A stretch of 48,457 nucleotides of DNA from Octopus bimaculoides (GCF_001194135.2 NC_068991.1:72836060-72884516); one strand, 5' to 3'. Positions 23,262-35,254 are shown, numbered from the stretch's first letter. The notes: generated from the letters alone by a model not told the origin. Translations and numbers: made by a program.

Positions 23262-23479
23262 TAAATGCGTGGTTTTTATGTAAAGTGATACATAAAAACA
23301 GTAGAACAGCTCAAGGATCACTCAAATGTTTAAGTAGAGTAGAACATTTATTTACACACTTGCATACGCACTCTCACATTAGTTTCTTTATTCTTTTATT
23401 TCCTCCTTTCTTTTGCTTGTTTACGCTTTGGAGTGTGGCCATGCTTGGGCAGCGCTTATGAATGTTTAGTCGATCAACT
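23262..23479 (+). repeat. Direct repeat copy 1 (about 220 bp; includes a degenerate F2 tail)
   Basis: Roughly 85-90% identical by eye to 24472-24702. Confidence 0.9.
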
Positions 23480-23715
23480 GGAGCGTAGAAGACTTTATTG
23501 AGTAACTCGTTCAGTGTTTTAAGTCTCGTATTGACTCTGAGTCAGTGGAATATAAACAAACTAACACCGGCTGGCAAACGGTGAGAATGAAATACAAACG
23601 CAAATATGCACATATCCTTTACACATACACAAACACACGTACATACATATATATACATATATACGAAAAGCTTTCGCGTGCATGCTCACATGAATGCGCG
23701 TATATATTTTTTAAT

Positions 23716-23919
23716 ACTCAAGGAACAAGGTCCATAATTTTAATGGGAGTGGGTCAGTCGATTAGACTCCAGTACGCATCTGGTACTTAATTTATCGACC
23801 CAGAAAGGATGAAATGAATAGTCGATCTCGGCGCAATTTGAACCCAGAACGTAAAGACAGACGAAATACCGCTAAGCATTTCGCCCGGCGTGCTAACGTT
23901 TCTGCCAGGTCACCGCCTT
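23716..23919 (-). mobile_element. F1 SINE, near full length
   Basis: Colinear F1 match ending TCTGCCAGGTCACCGCCTT. Confidence 0.85.
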
Positions 23920-24471
23920 AATCGGGCGTATATATTGGGTGCAATGTAGCTGTGCAGTCTGGAAAATTCGTTTCCCAAATCCCATATTTCAAGTTCAATA
24001 CTATTGCATAACACCGTAGACGAATGCTTTTCTCCACGTTTCGTGATGAAAACCGTGTGGGTGAAATTTGATAACGAAAACTGTGAAGAAGCGCAGCATA
24101 TGGACTGTACGTTATTGAGTGGCAGACGTAAGCCATTGCGCATTTTAATAACATCACTTTTCTTTTCTGTGCTTTATAACAAATTCAGTCAGAGCTAAAC
24201 ACGTCTGTCTGATTTGCATAAACATGCATGCGTTGATTACGTGGATAATTAGTTAATTAATAATGCACAGAATTTTGAAATGATTTGAAAGGTAATGCAA
24301 CGAGTATTTTTCTAAAAATATAACGTTATAGTTCCAGCCTCGTCGTGAAAAGTAAATAGTTATTTTTTCATTGACCAGTTTAGCTGTGTTCGAGTTTGAA
24401 TACACGACATTTAAGTATAAGCTAATAATCTTTTCTTTGACATTATATAGATTCTTTTTCTGATGAAGTTC

Positions 24472-24702
24472 TAAATGCGTGATTTTTATGTAAAATGATA
24501 CATAAAAAACAGTAAAACAGCTCAAAGATCACTCAAATGTTTAAGTAGAGTAGAACATCTATTTACACACTTGCATACATGAATGCATACGCATTCTCAC
24601 ATTAAGTTTTTTATTCTTTTATTACCTCTTTTCTTTTGCTTGTTTACGCTTTGAAGTGTGGCTATGCTTGCGCAGCGCCTATCAATGTTTAGTCGATCAA
24701 CT
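24472..24702 (+). repeat. Direct repeat copy 2
   Basis: Shares TAAATGCGTG...GATCACTCAAATGTTTAAGTAGAGTAGAAC...GTTTAGTCGATCAACT with copy 1 and carries an extra 11-nt internal duplication. Confidence 0.9.
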
Positions 24703-25228
24703 TTCTCTGATGAAATTCTAACACGTGTAGAAACCGCTCAAATCGATCACTATCTACAGACATTGAGAAAAAACCCTATGAAGCAACCATTTTGTTTACA
24801 TTTCACAGTGAGACAAAAATTTCATCATACGTTTATTAAGTGTCACACTTCAAAAATATATAAATATATTGGATAAACAAGCCATGAGTAAAATAGCCAA
24901 TTACATGAATTTCTTGCTGGAACAAGGATTGAATAATGAAAACAGGCGATAGTTAAGGCTCATAGAAACTTTCGTTTCAGCGCTTCTCTTTTCTGCGTTT
25001 ACTATTTGTCTGTTTCATTTAAGTCACCCAGCAAATTTTGACGTCAGCAGTTGCAATAATTAACTGTTTATATCAAAGCGAGCGAGAAAAGTATGGCAGG
25101 CAAACGTGACAAAAGGGAGTCTCGGCGTGGATGTTCTACCTGCGAGGAACAACAGCGCAAATTATTTACAAACCAAACATTCTAAAGGCAGGAAACATTG
25201 GATGATATATTTTTTGGTTAGAGTTCTA

Positions 25229-25230
<2 letters not shown>

Positions 25231-25273
<43 letters not shown>

Positions 25274-25352
25274 TATATGCATGTATGTGTATGTGTATGT
25301 ACTCTTGTGCGTGTATCTATTTATCTCTATCTGTCTGTCTGTCTGTCTGTCC

Positions 25353-25416
<64 letters not shown>

Positions 25417-25514
25417 GTCTATCTATCTACCTATCTATCTAGCTAGCTAGCTAGCTATCCGTCCGTCTGCCCGTCTGTCTGTCCGTCCGTCCGTCCGTCC
25501 GTCCGTCCGTCTGC

Positions 25515-25569
<55 letters not shown>

Positions 25570-25577
25570 GCTATCTA
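25231..25577. repeat. Compound microsatellite (CA)-(TG)-(TCTG)-(TATC)-(TAGC)-(TCCG)-(TCTG)-(TATC)
   Basis: Seen directly. Confidence 0.95.
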
Positions 25578-26459
25578 TATGACAGTTTTTGTTGCTGCTA
25601 TTTAGGCGCCGTTCTGCCTTGACTGTACATGACTATGATAAAGAGTGTTCTAATCATGGCTATCCAAAACGGTTTTAGACAATGTATCCAATATGTCCCA
25701 CAATTTTAAAGAACGTACAGTGTGATTTGTATGAGATTTATAGAGGTTTATTTTCGGAAAAACTCATGGACTAACATAACCGCTCAACATTGTTTCTTGT
25801 CTGTGAATGTGATGTTCAATGTGAAACAATGTCTACATATCGATCAGTCGCAGAAGATTAACTGAAAACATTGTTTATAAATAAATATAATCATATATTA
25901 ATCAATATTTCACTAAAATGTTACATAAAGTATTTCTGCAATCCTAATGAAATTTGCATTAAGGTAGGTGAAAGGAGGGGTGACTGCGTTTAAAAGAGAA
26001 AATAATGATGTCTTATATTCATTGGTTTACGCATTTAGCTCTCATGACAAGTCACAGATATATACTTAAGCTATAACGCATGCACACACATGTACACTTT
26101 ACGTGAATGAAGAAACGTGTATTACTCTGTATATGTAATATATATGCATACACACACACAGAGACGCAGAGAGACAAACATATGCATTCACAAATATATA
26201 TTCATATATCAAAAAGCAACCTTTATATTCTACTTAACGTTGATATATTGTAAGAGGGCAGAATACTGTGATATCAGCCTTGCGAGTTGCTCTGAATGTG
26301 AATACTGTCGGCGCCCATACCAACTGCTCTTCTCTGCTAAGGGACCATATTTCTATTTGATAGGAACTTTGAAGGCGAACCGTAGATAGCAGCACGTTTA
26401 TAATACATCAACGTTAATTAGAATACAAAGAATGCAATTTAATAATGTTTCTGTAGCTA

Positions 26460-26512
<53 letters not shown>

Positions 26513-26514
26513 CA

Positions 26515-26649
26515 TGGTCTCAAATTTTGGCACAAGGTCACCAATATCTTGATGGTCTCTGTTGAATTTGAATTCAGAATATAAAAACGGACGAAATGCC
26601 GCTAAGCATTTTGCCCGGCATGCTAACGGTTCTGCCAGCTCGCCGCCTT
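26515..26649 (-). mobile_element. F1 SINE (tail C) with an internal deletion
   Basis: Tail TCAAATTTTGGCACAAGG joined to the B-box and head ending GCTCGCCGCCTT; the body is missing. Confidence 0.82.
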
Positions 26650-26927
26650 AATGTATGTATATATTTATAAGTATACGTACGTACATACATACATACATAC
26701 ATACATACATCGTTCAGGCAGCACCTGCGAAACAACAGCTGCAAAAATAAATATATTAATGCAGTCCTGAAAAATGAAGTGCGCAACAATGTACGAGTTG
26801 GCATGCAGTGAACTCCTCAAGAAACACGCTCTTCCTGATAATCTCCTATACAGCCCCAAAACAGCTGGGCCCTCTTACTGCCATGATAGATCGCTGATCA
26901 CTACACACATTTTTTTCTCAACTTGTT

Positions 26928-26965
26928 TCTTTCTGTGGAAGAGCGTAGGCTCGAAACGTTAAAGA
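26928..26965 (+). ncRNA. Minimal hammerhead-like motif, variant core (A6U)
   Basis: UCUUU CUGUGGAA GAGC GUAG GCUC GAA ACGU U AAAGA: stem I UCUUU/AAAGA, stem II GAGC/GCUC and palindromic ACGU. The core reads CUGU(G)GA instead of CUGANGA. Confidence 0.55.
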
Positions 26966-27053
26966 CTTTTTCAATTCTCGAGCGTTATACTAATACACCT
27001 GTTTGTTCTCTACACCACCTGTCTTCGTCTGTTGTTTCTTTGTGAATTCTCCC

Positions 27054-27056
<3 letters not shown>
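26928..27056 (+). mobile_element. Short hammerhead-bearing repeat, family H2, ending in (TA)n
   Basis: About 91% identical over about 106 nt to the reverse complement of 41524-41629. Confidence 0.75.
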
Positions 27057-27101
<45 letters not shown>

Positions 27102-28424
27102 AACAGAGAGACAGGCACACAAACTGATACACAGACAGACACACAGATATGTAGCTGCGATAGCTATTGAGGAAAGAAAGCAAAAATATATATATATATA
27201 ATGCTGAATACAAGGGCTTAAAATGTTACTGGCCATTCGCAATTTGAGGTGAATGTGTTAATGGAACATTGTCAGAGTTGTTATTTTCCATATACGCTGT
27301 CCGGTTCCATTGCACACAATATCAGGAATAGGAATTCTGAGGAATTTCCTATTAGAGTAAAGTTTATAAAGCTGAACTTTTAGTATATTTCTTTTTATAA
27401 CTAACAGACCTGTCACATTTTCGTACTCGAGTGGCAGAAATTATGCGTTTCAAATTTGATTTGAAAGCAGACAGACGAATACATCAGAGAGAAGGAGAGA
27501 TAGATATAGGGGAGAAAGAGGGAGAGAGAGAGAGAGATAGGGGAGGTAAAGAGAGAAGTAGAGAGGAAGAGAAAGAGAGATCTGCAATTGGGTTGTATAT
27601 GAACAGTGGTTTTGTAAAGACAGTTGATTAGAAAATTAATGCGTAGCGACGAAAGATCACTGATGCAGTTAGGTCTCAAAGGGAATAAGTTGTATTATTT
27701 GAATATAAACAATCAAGACAAGACAGTCGATGATACCAACAGAGTAAGAAAAAATCCAAAATATTGGCACATAAGAAGAGTTCACTCTGTCAATATGTCT
27801 GTATTTCGAAAATTATTTTATATCATATTTAAGAACTACACTTCACTGCAGTTCACTCCACATACATGTACATAACCTTAAAAATTTGCTTCTATGGATT
27901 TGACTTCATTACGGACCCTAGAGAAATTAAAAATGATTGAAGTAGCATTGTCAGCTGACATATAAATAAATATATTTTACGCCACACTATTTAAAGAATA
28001 GTTCATTATTTAGTTTTTGAATAGATTTGTTCTTCATACAAACATTCTAGATCTTATATATATTTTATAATCTTGGTAATGAACAAGTGCAGTGCCTATT
28101 GACCCTTTATAAGATTTCTGAAACGGGCTGGAGAAAAAAATATGAGATATTCTCAAACTGGAGACTTGACTCGAATCCGATTTCTACCAATGTAGGTCAT
28201 GTCGAAATTTGAACACTTAGAACACTATTAAAAAAATGGTGGAATAAACATCTTATGGATGTTAACATAAAGCTGAAGATCAGTGAAAAAGAGAACATCT
28301 ATGCTGAACTATTGAGAAATCTGCAGTTACTCTATCCAGATTAAAATAGCATCTGGGGGTGAGTTGTTCGACTGAACCGATAATGTTACACTTCGTCGTG
28401 GCTGAAGTTCACTCACTGAAAGAA

Positions 28425-28583
28425 GTGATATGGATGTGTGTTAAGAAGCTTGCTTCTCAACCACATGATCCCGGGTTCAGTTCCACTGCATGGCACCTTG
28501 GGCAAGTGTGTTCTACTATAAGCTGGCGTCAACCAAAGCCCTGTGAGTAGATTTGTTAGACAGAGACTGAAAGAAACCCGTCG

Positions 28584-28614
<31 letters not shown>

Positions 28615-28762
28615 CTGTGTTGTTTGACAACCGGTGTTGGCGTGTTTACGTCCCCGTAGACTAGCGGTTCGGCAAATGAGACCGATAGAAGTGTTAGGCT
28701 TGAAAAATAAATCTTAGGATCGATTTGTTCGGCTAAATTCCTCCAAGGCGGTGCTGCAGCAT
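28425..28762 (+). mobile_element. F2 SINE, 3' end missing
   Basis: Head, CORE-like GGCACCTTGGGCAAGTGTG, internal (TA)/(TG) run at 28584-28615, and 3' module up to GGCGGTGCTGCAGCAT. Confidence 0.87.
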
Positions 28763-28935
28763 AACTGATGTACTTAGAATTCTGCTAATTCAATCCTTAG
28801 AATTGATAAGCATTTTTGACCGATCCCGAGAGTCCAAAATGTAAAATATTTCCAATTGATTTTGTAGAAAAATATTTTCTCTTTGTATTGAGAGAAAATT
28901 ATTCATACGAGTTTGTCATCACTTGGACTCTCTAC

Positions 28936-29177
28936 TTTTATTCTTTTACTTGTTTCAGTCATTTGACTGCGGCCATGCTGGATCAACGCCTTGAGGGAAT
29001 TTAGCCAAACAAATCGACTCCAGGATATTTTTTTTTATTTAAGCCTAGTACTTATTTTATCAGTGTCTTTTTCTGAACCGCTAAGTTACAGGGACGTAAA
29101 CACATCAACACCTATTGTCAAGCGGTGATGGGGAACAAAGGCAGACACAAAGACACATGCATAGATATATACATAAA

Positions 29178-29214
<37 letters not shown>

Positions 29215-29343
29215 GACGGGCTTCTTTCAGTTTCTGTGTACCAAATCCACTCACATGGCTTTGGTCGGTCCGAGGCTACAGTCGAGGACACTTGACCAGG
29301 GAGCCACGCAGTGGGACTGAACTCTGAATCATGTGGTTGGGCT
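28936..29343 (-). mobile_element. F2 SINE, slightly 5'-truncated
   Basis: Colinear reverse-complement match with an internal (TA)n at about 29180-29212. Confidence 0.9.
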
Positions 29344-29461
29344 TGAGTCAAGATATTTGATTTTAATAATAATTTCTGACGGTAATATACATTTGAATGT
29401 CATTTTTTAAAAAATAAAAGGTAGTTATTTGAAATTCACAATATTAAAATAGTTTATTATG

Positions 29462-29508
29462 ATAATTATTATTATTATTCAGGTCACTGCCTGGAACCGA
29501 ACTCGGAA
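29462..29508 (-). mobile_element. Short SINE-like fragment with a B-box and (AAT)n
   Basis: The minus strand reads TTCCGAGTTCGGTTCCAGGCAGTGACCTGAATAATAAT; GAGTTCGGTTCC is B-box-like. Confidence 0.45.
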
Positions 29509-29702
29509 GATTAAAATAGTTTACAATATCCTTTGTTTCTTTTCTTTATATAAGCTGCTGCTTTCAGGATAAATTTCTGTCATCTATTTTTATTAATGTT
29601 GTAATTACAGCTGTTAATGTTATTGGACTGTTGGAATTATTATTATTTGTAATATTATTACAACATTGTTTTTTTCTTTTTTTGTAATATTATTTGTTAC
29701 TC

Positions 29703-29900
29703 ACGCCGAGCGAAATGCTGAGCGGCATTTCGTCTGTCTTTACGTTCTGAGTTCAAATTCCGCCGAGGTCGACTTTGCCTTTCATATTTTCGGGGTCGAT
29801 ATATTAAGCACCAGCTGCGTACTGGGATCGATCTAATCGACTGCCCCCCTCTCCCCAGAAATTTCGGGCCTTTTTTCCTAGATTAGAAAAGAATATTATT
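29703..29900 (+). mobile_element. F1 SINE, tail type B, 5'-truncated
   Basis: CACGCCGAGCGAAATGC head, GAGTTCAAATTCC B-box, tail CCCCAGAAATTTCGGGCC...TAGAAAAGAATATTATT. Confidence 0.88.
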
Positions 29901-31193
29901 TGTTGCTATTGTTCTTGTTATTGATACTACATTGTCTGGAATCCGTTTTTTCTCGTCTTCTTTTTCTTTCATACAAATGTGTGTGAGTGCGTGTGTGTGT
30001 GAATGTGTCTATGAGAATGTACAGGTCTGCCGAAGAGTATAAGCAGGTATGCATGACCTTCATATAATTCCTGTCTCTACCCTGTCACACGCCTTACGTA
30101 CGTACTCCTACACTCTCACGTCCTTCAACTTCTGTTATTCTATGATAACTTCATGGTGCTTAATTTGCAAACTGAAATATATAAGAGCCTGCAAAGCTCT
30201 CTGTGTTGTAGTTAATGGATAATGCTGAAAATGTGAGTCGATGATATTATAAAATAGGGCCAACTTGTTGACGCTGTAATGACAATCGGCTTACTGAAAC
30301 ACGTCTCCGTTATATAAATGCATAAAATGCCAATCACGTTTTCAGTGTTCATTGTCCGTATCCATCCATACATACCTATACACATATGTATGTGTATAGG
30401 TATGTATGTATGTATGTTTTCCACCTCAGAGAAGTGGAATGAGTTAATGAAACTTCGGACTATGTCTTTCTTTTGAATATAGATTTTAGATAGGAAAGAT
30501 AGGTAAGAGAAATATATAAAATTAAAGAGTAAATTTCTTGGTGAAATAAATCAGGGACACCGGTTGGTTTATGCCACATTCGACGAAAAGATATTCCAAG
30601 AAGAATTGATCAAAATATTCGTAGGAAAAATATAGAAATTCAGGAAAACTTTATAATGTCAACTAATATTTTGTAATGATAAGAGAAAATTACTTTTTAA
30701 ATGAAATGTGTTTTCAATTTATTTTCAGCTTATCTGTTTTAAAAAGTAACAAGCGAGATGTGTTTCGATGTAGATATATCGAAAAACATCGAGAGTTAAT
30801 CCCGCCTAATATTTCGAAACAAGTTTGTTGTAATATTAAAATGATAAGGAATTGTTTTTTAAATGGAATATATTTTCAATTATATTTTATTGTGTGTGCG
30901 TGTATTTGTGTGTTTTCGTTACAGAGAACGTCTATCGCAGTTTTAGTTTTGTACTTATTTATGAGTAATACTATAATAACGATTTCTAACAGAGGCACAC
31001 ACACATAATCAAACACAGCCATAGACACTCACTCACACCCACACACACAGAGGCACACACCGACATACCCCACCCCCAAATTACTCACACACTGACACAC
31101 ACGCCTTTGTGACACTATATATGTACATAAGGGCATATCAAGCCGGAGCATGCAAGCTCATGCACCAGTTATAGAAATATAATGAAGCTATAT

Positions 31194-31455
31194 GTGGAAG
31201 CGCGTGGCTTAGTGGTTAGGGTGTCAAAATCTCGATCGTAGGATTGTGGTTTCGATTCCTGGACCGGGCGACGCATTGTGTTCTTGAGCAAAACACTTAA
31301 TTTCACGTTGCTCCAGTCCACTCAGCTAGCAAAAATGAGTAACGCTGTGATGGATTGGTGTCCCGTCCAGCTGGGGAAGACATACGCCAATGAAACCGGG
31401 AAACCGGGCCCATAAGCCTGGCTAGGCTTTAAAAGGGCGCATTTATTTTATTTAT
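31194..31455 (+). mobile_element. F4 tRNA-derived SINE with a CORE-like segment
   Basis: A-box TGGCTTAGTGG, B-box GGTTTCGATTCC, CORE-like TGTGTTCTTGAGCAAAACACTT, (ATTT)n-like tail. Single copy in the window. Confidence 0.8.
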
Positions 31456-31734
31456 ACGTACAGGCATATCGTGTAGCAGCACACACACTTTTACACATAT
31501 GAAGTTTTAGATCATTGAAACGATTGTAATAATCGCCTAGAAATATCAGCAGTTTGTTTCCTCTTATTACTTCAATTTGTTCCAGACAATTTTTCCCACA
31601 TTGTAGCCGAACCCTAAATAATAGCAGCTATATACATTAATAAGTACACAATACCAGAATATAGGTGTTTAACGTGGCGTGGATATTGAGTCTAATTCTT
31701 AACTCTCATAAAGTACCATGCTTTGAAACACCTC

Positions 31735-31779
<45 letters not shown>

Positions 31780-32432
31780 GCACACACACACACACGCACA
31801 CACACACACACAGAATTTCAGATATATGACAGCACTACTACAAAAGACAGAAGGTTTTTTTCTAGGGTCTAAAGTAGGAGTCTATTTAATTCGAGAAGAG
31901 TGACCTGGGACTCGTTCAAGTGCGATGAAAAACGGTCTAAACGCCCGTAAATTCCTCCCCCAAATATTCTGTACATTTGAGGAAATCACGGTTCTTTATT
32001 TCCTGATCAAATTCACATGGAAGCTAATCGGTGGAATACCCGACGGTGCATTTATGGGTATACCCATCATTTGTTTGAATGGTGCCCTTTATTGTCGATT
32101 ACTCCGGAAGTTGTGAAAGCTAAAGCTGAGTTATATGACCCAATGTTAGATCTGAAAACTTACGCCCTTTACACGAATGAAAATTTAAAGCTCCTTCATC
32201 TCCACAAGTGGAACCGATACCAGTGTCACTAACACTTATCTGTTACCACATCATATATCACAAGTTGAACGTAAGATTTGTATTCGAACTCCTTGAATTT
32301 TTTTCCTTTGTCATATTTTTTGTTATATTTAGAAAAATTATTCGTCTTTTCAACATAATTTCTACTCCTGATTCTATTTCATCCATTAATCTCATCTGAC
32401 ATTTTGAAACAGTCGCCATTGTTTTTGTGTCC

Positions 32433-32842
32433 CTTTGACTCTTTTACTTGTTTCAGTCATTTCACTGTGGCCATGCTGGAGCACCACCTTTAGTCGAGCA
32501 AATCGACCCCAGGACTCATTCTTTGTAAGCCTAGTACTTATTCTATCAGTGTCTTTTGCCGAACCGTTAAGTTATGGGAACGTAAACAAACCAGCATCGA
32601 TTGTCAAGCGATGTTGCGGGTGGGGGGACAAACACACATAAACATATACACACACATATATATATATACATATATATACGACGGGCTTCTTTCAGTTTTC
32701 GTCTACCAAATCCACTAACAAGGCTTTGGTCGGCCCGAGGCTATAGTAGAAGACACTTGCCCAAGGTGCCACGCAGTGCGACTGAACCCAGAACCATGTG
32801 GTTCGTAAACAAGCTACTTACCACACAGCCACTCTTACGTCC
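32433..32842 (-). mobile_element. F2 SINE, full length
   Basis: High-identity reverse complement of 13985-14408, with an internal (CA)/(TA) run at 32630-32678. Confidence 0.92.
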
Positions 32843-33699
32843 TGTTTGCAATATGTAGTAATACTAGTATTTAAACAAATGAAAAGCAAAATAAACAACA
32901 ACAACAGCAACTGAAGACAATTTATTTTTTGTAAAAGACGAGTTGATAACAAAATCATAAGTTCCACTTCACTCATCAAACTGAATAAACATATATGAAA
33001 TTAATTACTGAATGACAATTTTTTAAAAATATCCTAACGTAAACAATGTCGTGTATGGCTAAAATAATGAAACATATTTTCAATATGTATGAACTATGCA
33101 ACGTTTAACACAGACAACGAAAAAGTTTTATGACAGTATTTTCAAATCTTTTGTATACGATGTCATTTATAGCTTAATTAAATTAACAAAGATATATATA
33201 TGAAATACAAAATGACTGAAGTTATACGTATTACAAATATATGTGAATTTGCTGTAACGAAAAAACATAAATGCAATAGAATTAAATTGTATTTTTGAAT
33301 GGCCTATTGAGAAATATAAATATTTGAAGATTCACTGATTAAAATTAAGTGAAAGATACATGAATTATAAAGAAAGGAATGAAATTGAAAGGGAAAACTT
33401 AACGAAAGCTTTTCAAATTTGAGATAAACAAGCTCCTTCATAGTTTAACTGATTGAAGTTAACAATGCTACGTCGCTTATCGGTAAACAACGCTGTTTAC
33501 CTGAGTGCTGTGGCGGTGCTACGCAGTGGGCGAACTTGACGATCGCCTGGGGTGTGGGAGGGATAAAATCGGAGAACTACAAAAGTAAGAAGAATTTGAA
33601 TCAAATTTAAATCACGAAAACGCAATAAAAAAACGGGTGAGATACTTCCTCACCGGCTATGGCGAGAATAGTAGGACAGATTGGAGTTATCTCCCAAAA

Positions 33700-34065
33700 A
33701 GAGAACATTCCACCCCACACCCTTCAAATACGCCACCTCAGGTTGAACGGAGATTCCCTACTCCTGGTGGATGACACGTTTGCACCACTCAAGCTTGCCT
33801 CACAACCGAATCTGTGCACCTGGGTTATCCCGTTTTGCGGCTGGAGGTCGAGACGGCTTTGCCCCAACAGCTTCAAGTGACGTGCCTTACAGGCAGAGAA
33901 AATAACCTAAAGGGTCTGTTTGGACACTTTTTGCTACTGAGAGTTTTACGAGGTCGGAGTACAAATTCTACCTCAACCTGTAGTCGCCTTTTAGTCGCTT
34001 TTTACGATACACAGAGTAAACGTTGGGTATATTCTTTGGCATACTGGTCGCCACACAGCATATTT
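33700..34065 (-). mobile_element. Possible RTE-clade LINE 5' UTR remnant
   Basis: GC- and CpG-rich island. The minus strand GAATATACCCAACGTTTACTCTGTGTATCGTAAAAAGCGACTAAAAGG resembles, from memory, 5' termini of RTE-type elements. No ORF is supported. Confidence 0.35.
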
Positions 34066-34482
34066 CTGGTTCGCAGATTAATAATTTTTCGACAGTATTT
34101 TCCAGTCGGTGTAATGAGAGTGATGGCTTGAATGTGCTGTAAAAACAAAATTAGAAAATGAAGCTCATCTTTTAGGACAAGGTGAAGGGGACGCTCATTT
34201 TAAGGATGAGATATGGAGCACCTATTGTAAGGATGGCTTCGAACCAGCCACAATATTGATAAGCAATATTGAATATTGCTGAACTGAAAGTTAATTGCAA
34301 TATTTATAAGAAACAGAATAACGCTAAATGTGTGAATAAATTGAAAATATTTCACATCTGATATAAATAATGTCACGCATAGCCTGACTGAATAAAATTT
34401 ATATATACATATATNNNNNNNNNNNNNNNNNNNNNNNNNNNNNNNNNNNNNNNNNNNNNNNNNNNNNNNNNNNNNNNNNNNN

Positions 34483-34514
<32 letters not shown>

Positions 34515-35021
34515 TGTGTACATTTAAACACAAAAGGAGGTGACTCTTAACAGGACGCTTTACATGCTAGAAGGAGCATTTCAAAACCATGCCCAAAACG
34601 TCCAAAACCACATGTAAGAGCAATTTCGAAGGGAATGAAAACTAAAAACTTTTACCATGTTTTTGCAGCCAGACCTAGGTTTCGAACTTTAATTAGCAAA
34701 TAAAATAATATGCTAGGCGAAGTTCTCATCAGTGGGTATGTCAAACATCAACATATAATTTAGAAACAGAATAACACGTGTCTCATCATTATATATTATA
34801 ATTTTTCTAATTCACCGCGCAAGCGCAGTTTCAGTCGGCAGCAAATAAAAATATGCCGACTGACTTCAGAAATTACTAAAAACATATTTAACGGAAAGAC
34901 TAACTTTGATATATGAACCTGAAATAGATTTAGGCTAAAATACCGCTGTGTATATCATATATATTTTGTGTATACAAAAGTTGAGCATGTCAAGCTGTCT
35001 GAGAGAAACATCTCATTGAAA

Positions 35022-35254
35022 AAGGCGGCGAGCTGGCAGAAACGTTAGCACGCCGGGCGAAATACTTAGCGGTATTTCGTCTGCTGCTATGTTCTGAGTT
35101 CAAATTCCGCCGAGGTCGACTTTGCCTTTCATCCTTTCGGGGTCGATAAATTAAGTACCAGTTACGCTTTGGGGTCGATGTAATTGACTTAACCCCTTTG
35201 TCTGTCCTTGTTTGTCCCCTGTATGTTTAGCTCCTTGTGAGCAATAAAGAAATA
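35022..35254 (+). mobile_element. F1 SINE, full length, tail A, with a perfect 18-bp TSD
   Basis: AGAAACATCTCATTGAAA occurs at 35004-35021 and 35255-35272; A-box-like and B-box motifs are intact. Confidence 0.96.

Noticed and set aside
23910-24198. Three overlapping 64-79 aa ORFs, one with IELEIWDLG (small-GTPase-like) and a GAC/GTAAGC donor
   Set aside because: No other GTPase motifs, and I could not assign a frame or product. Unresolved rather than disproved.
32164-32239. Minus-strand exon candidate ISVSDTGIGSTCGDEGALNFHSCKG with a GHKL-like DxGxG motif and a strong GC/GTAAGT donor
   Set aside because: The acceptor lacks a polypyrimidine tract, the motif is too short to be significant, and no partner exons were found. 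Spliced RNA-seq or BLASTx would settle it.
33975-34065. HDV-like ribozyme in the putative RTE 5' end
   Set aside because: I could not assign P1, P2 and P3 consistently in this copy.
34831-34863. 10-bp perfect hairpin TCAGTCGGCA/TGCCGACTGA
   Set aside because: About one such stem is expected by chance in 48 kb, and there is no supporting context.
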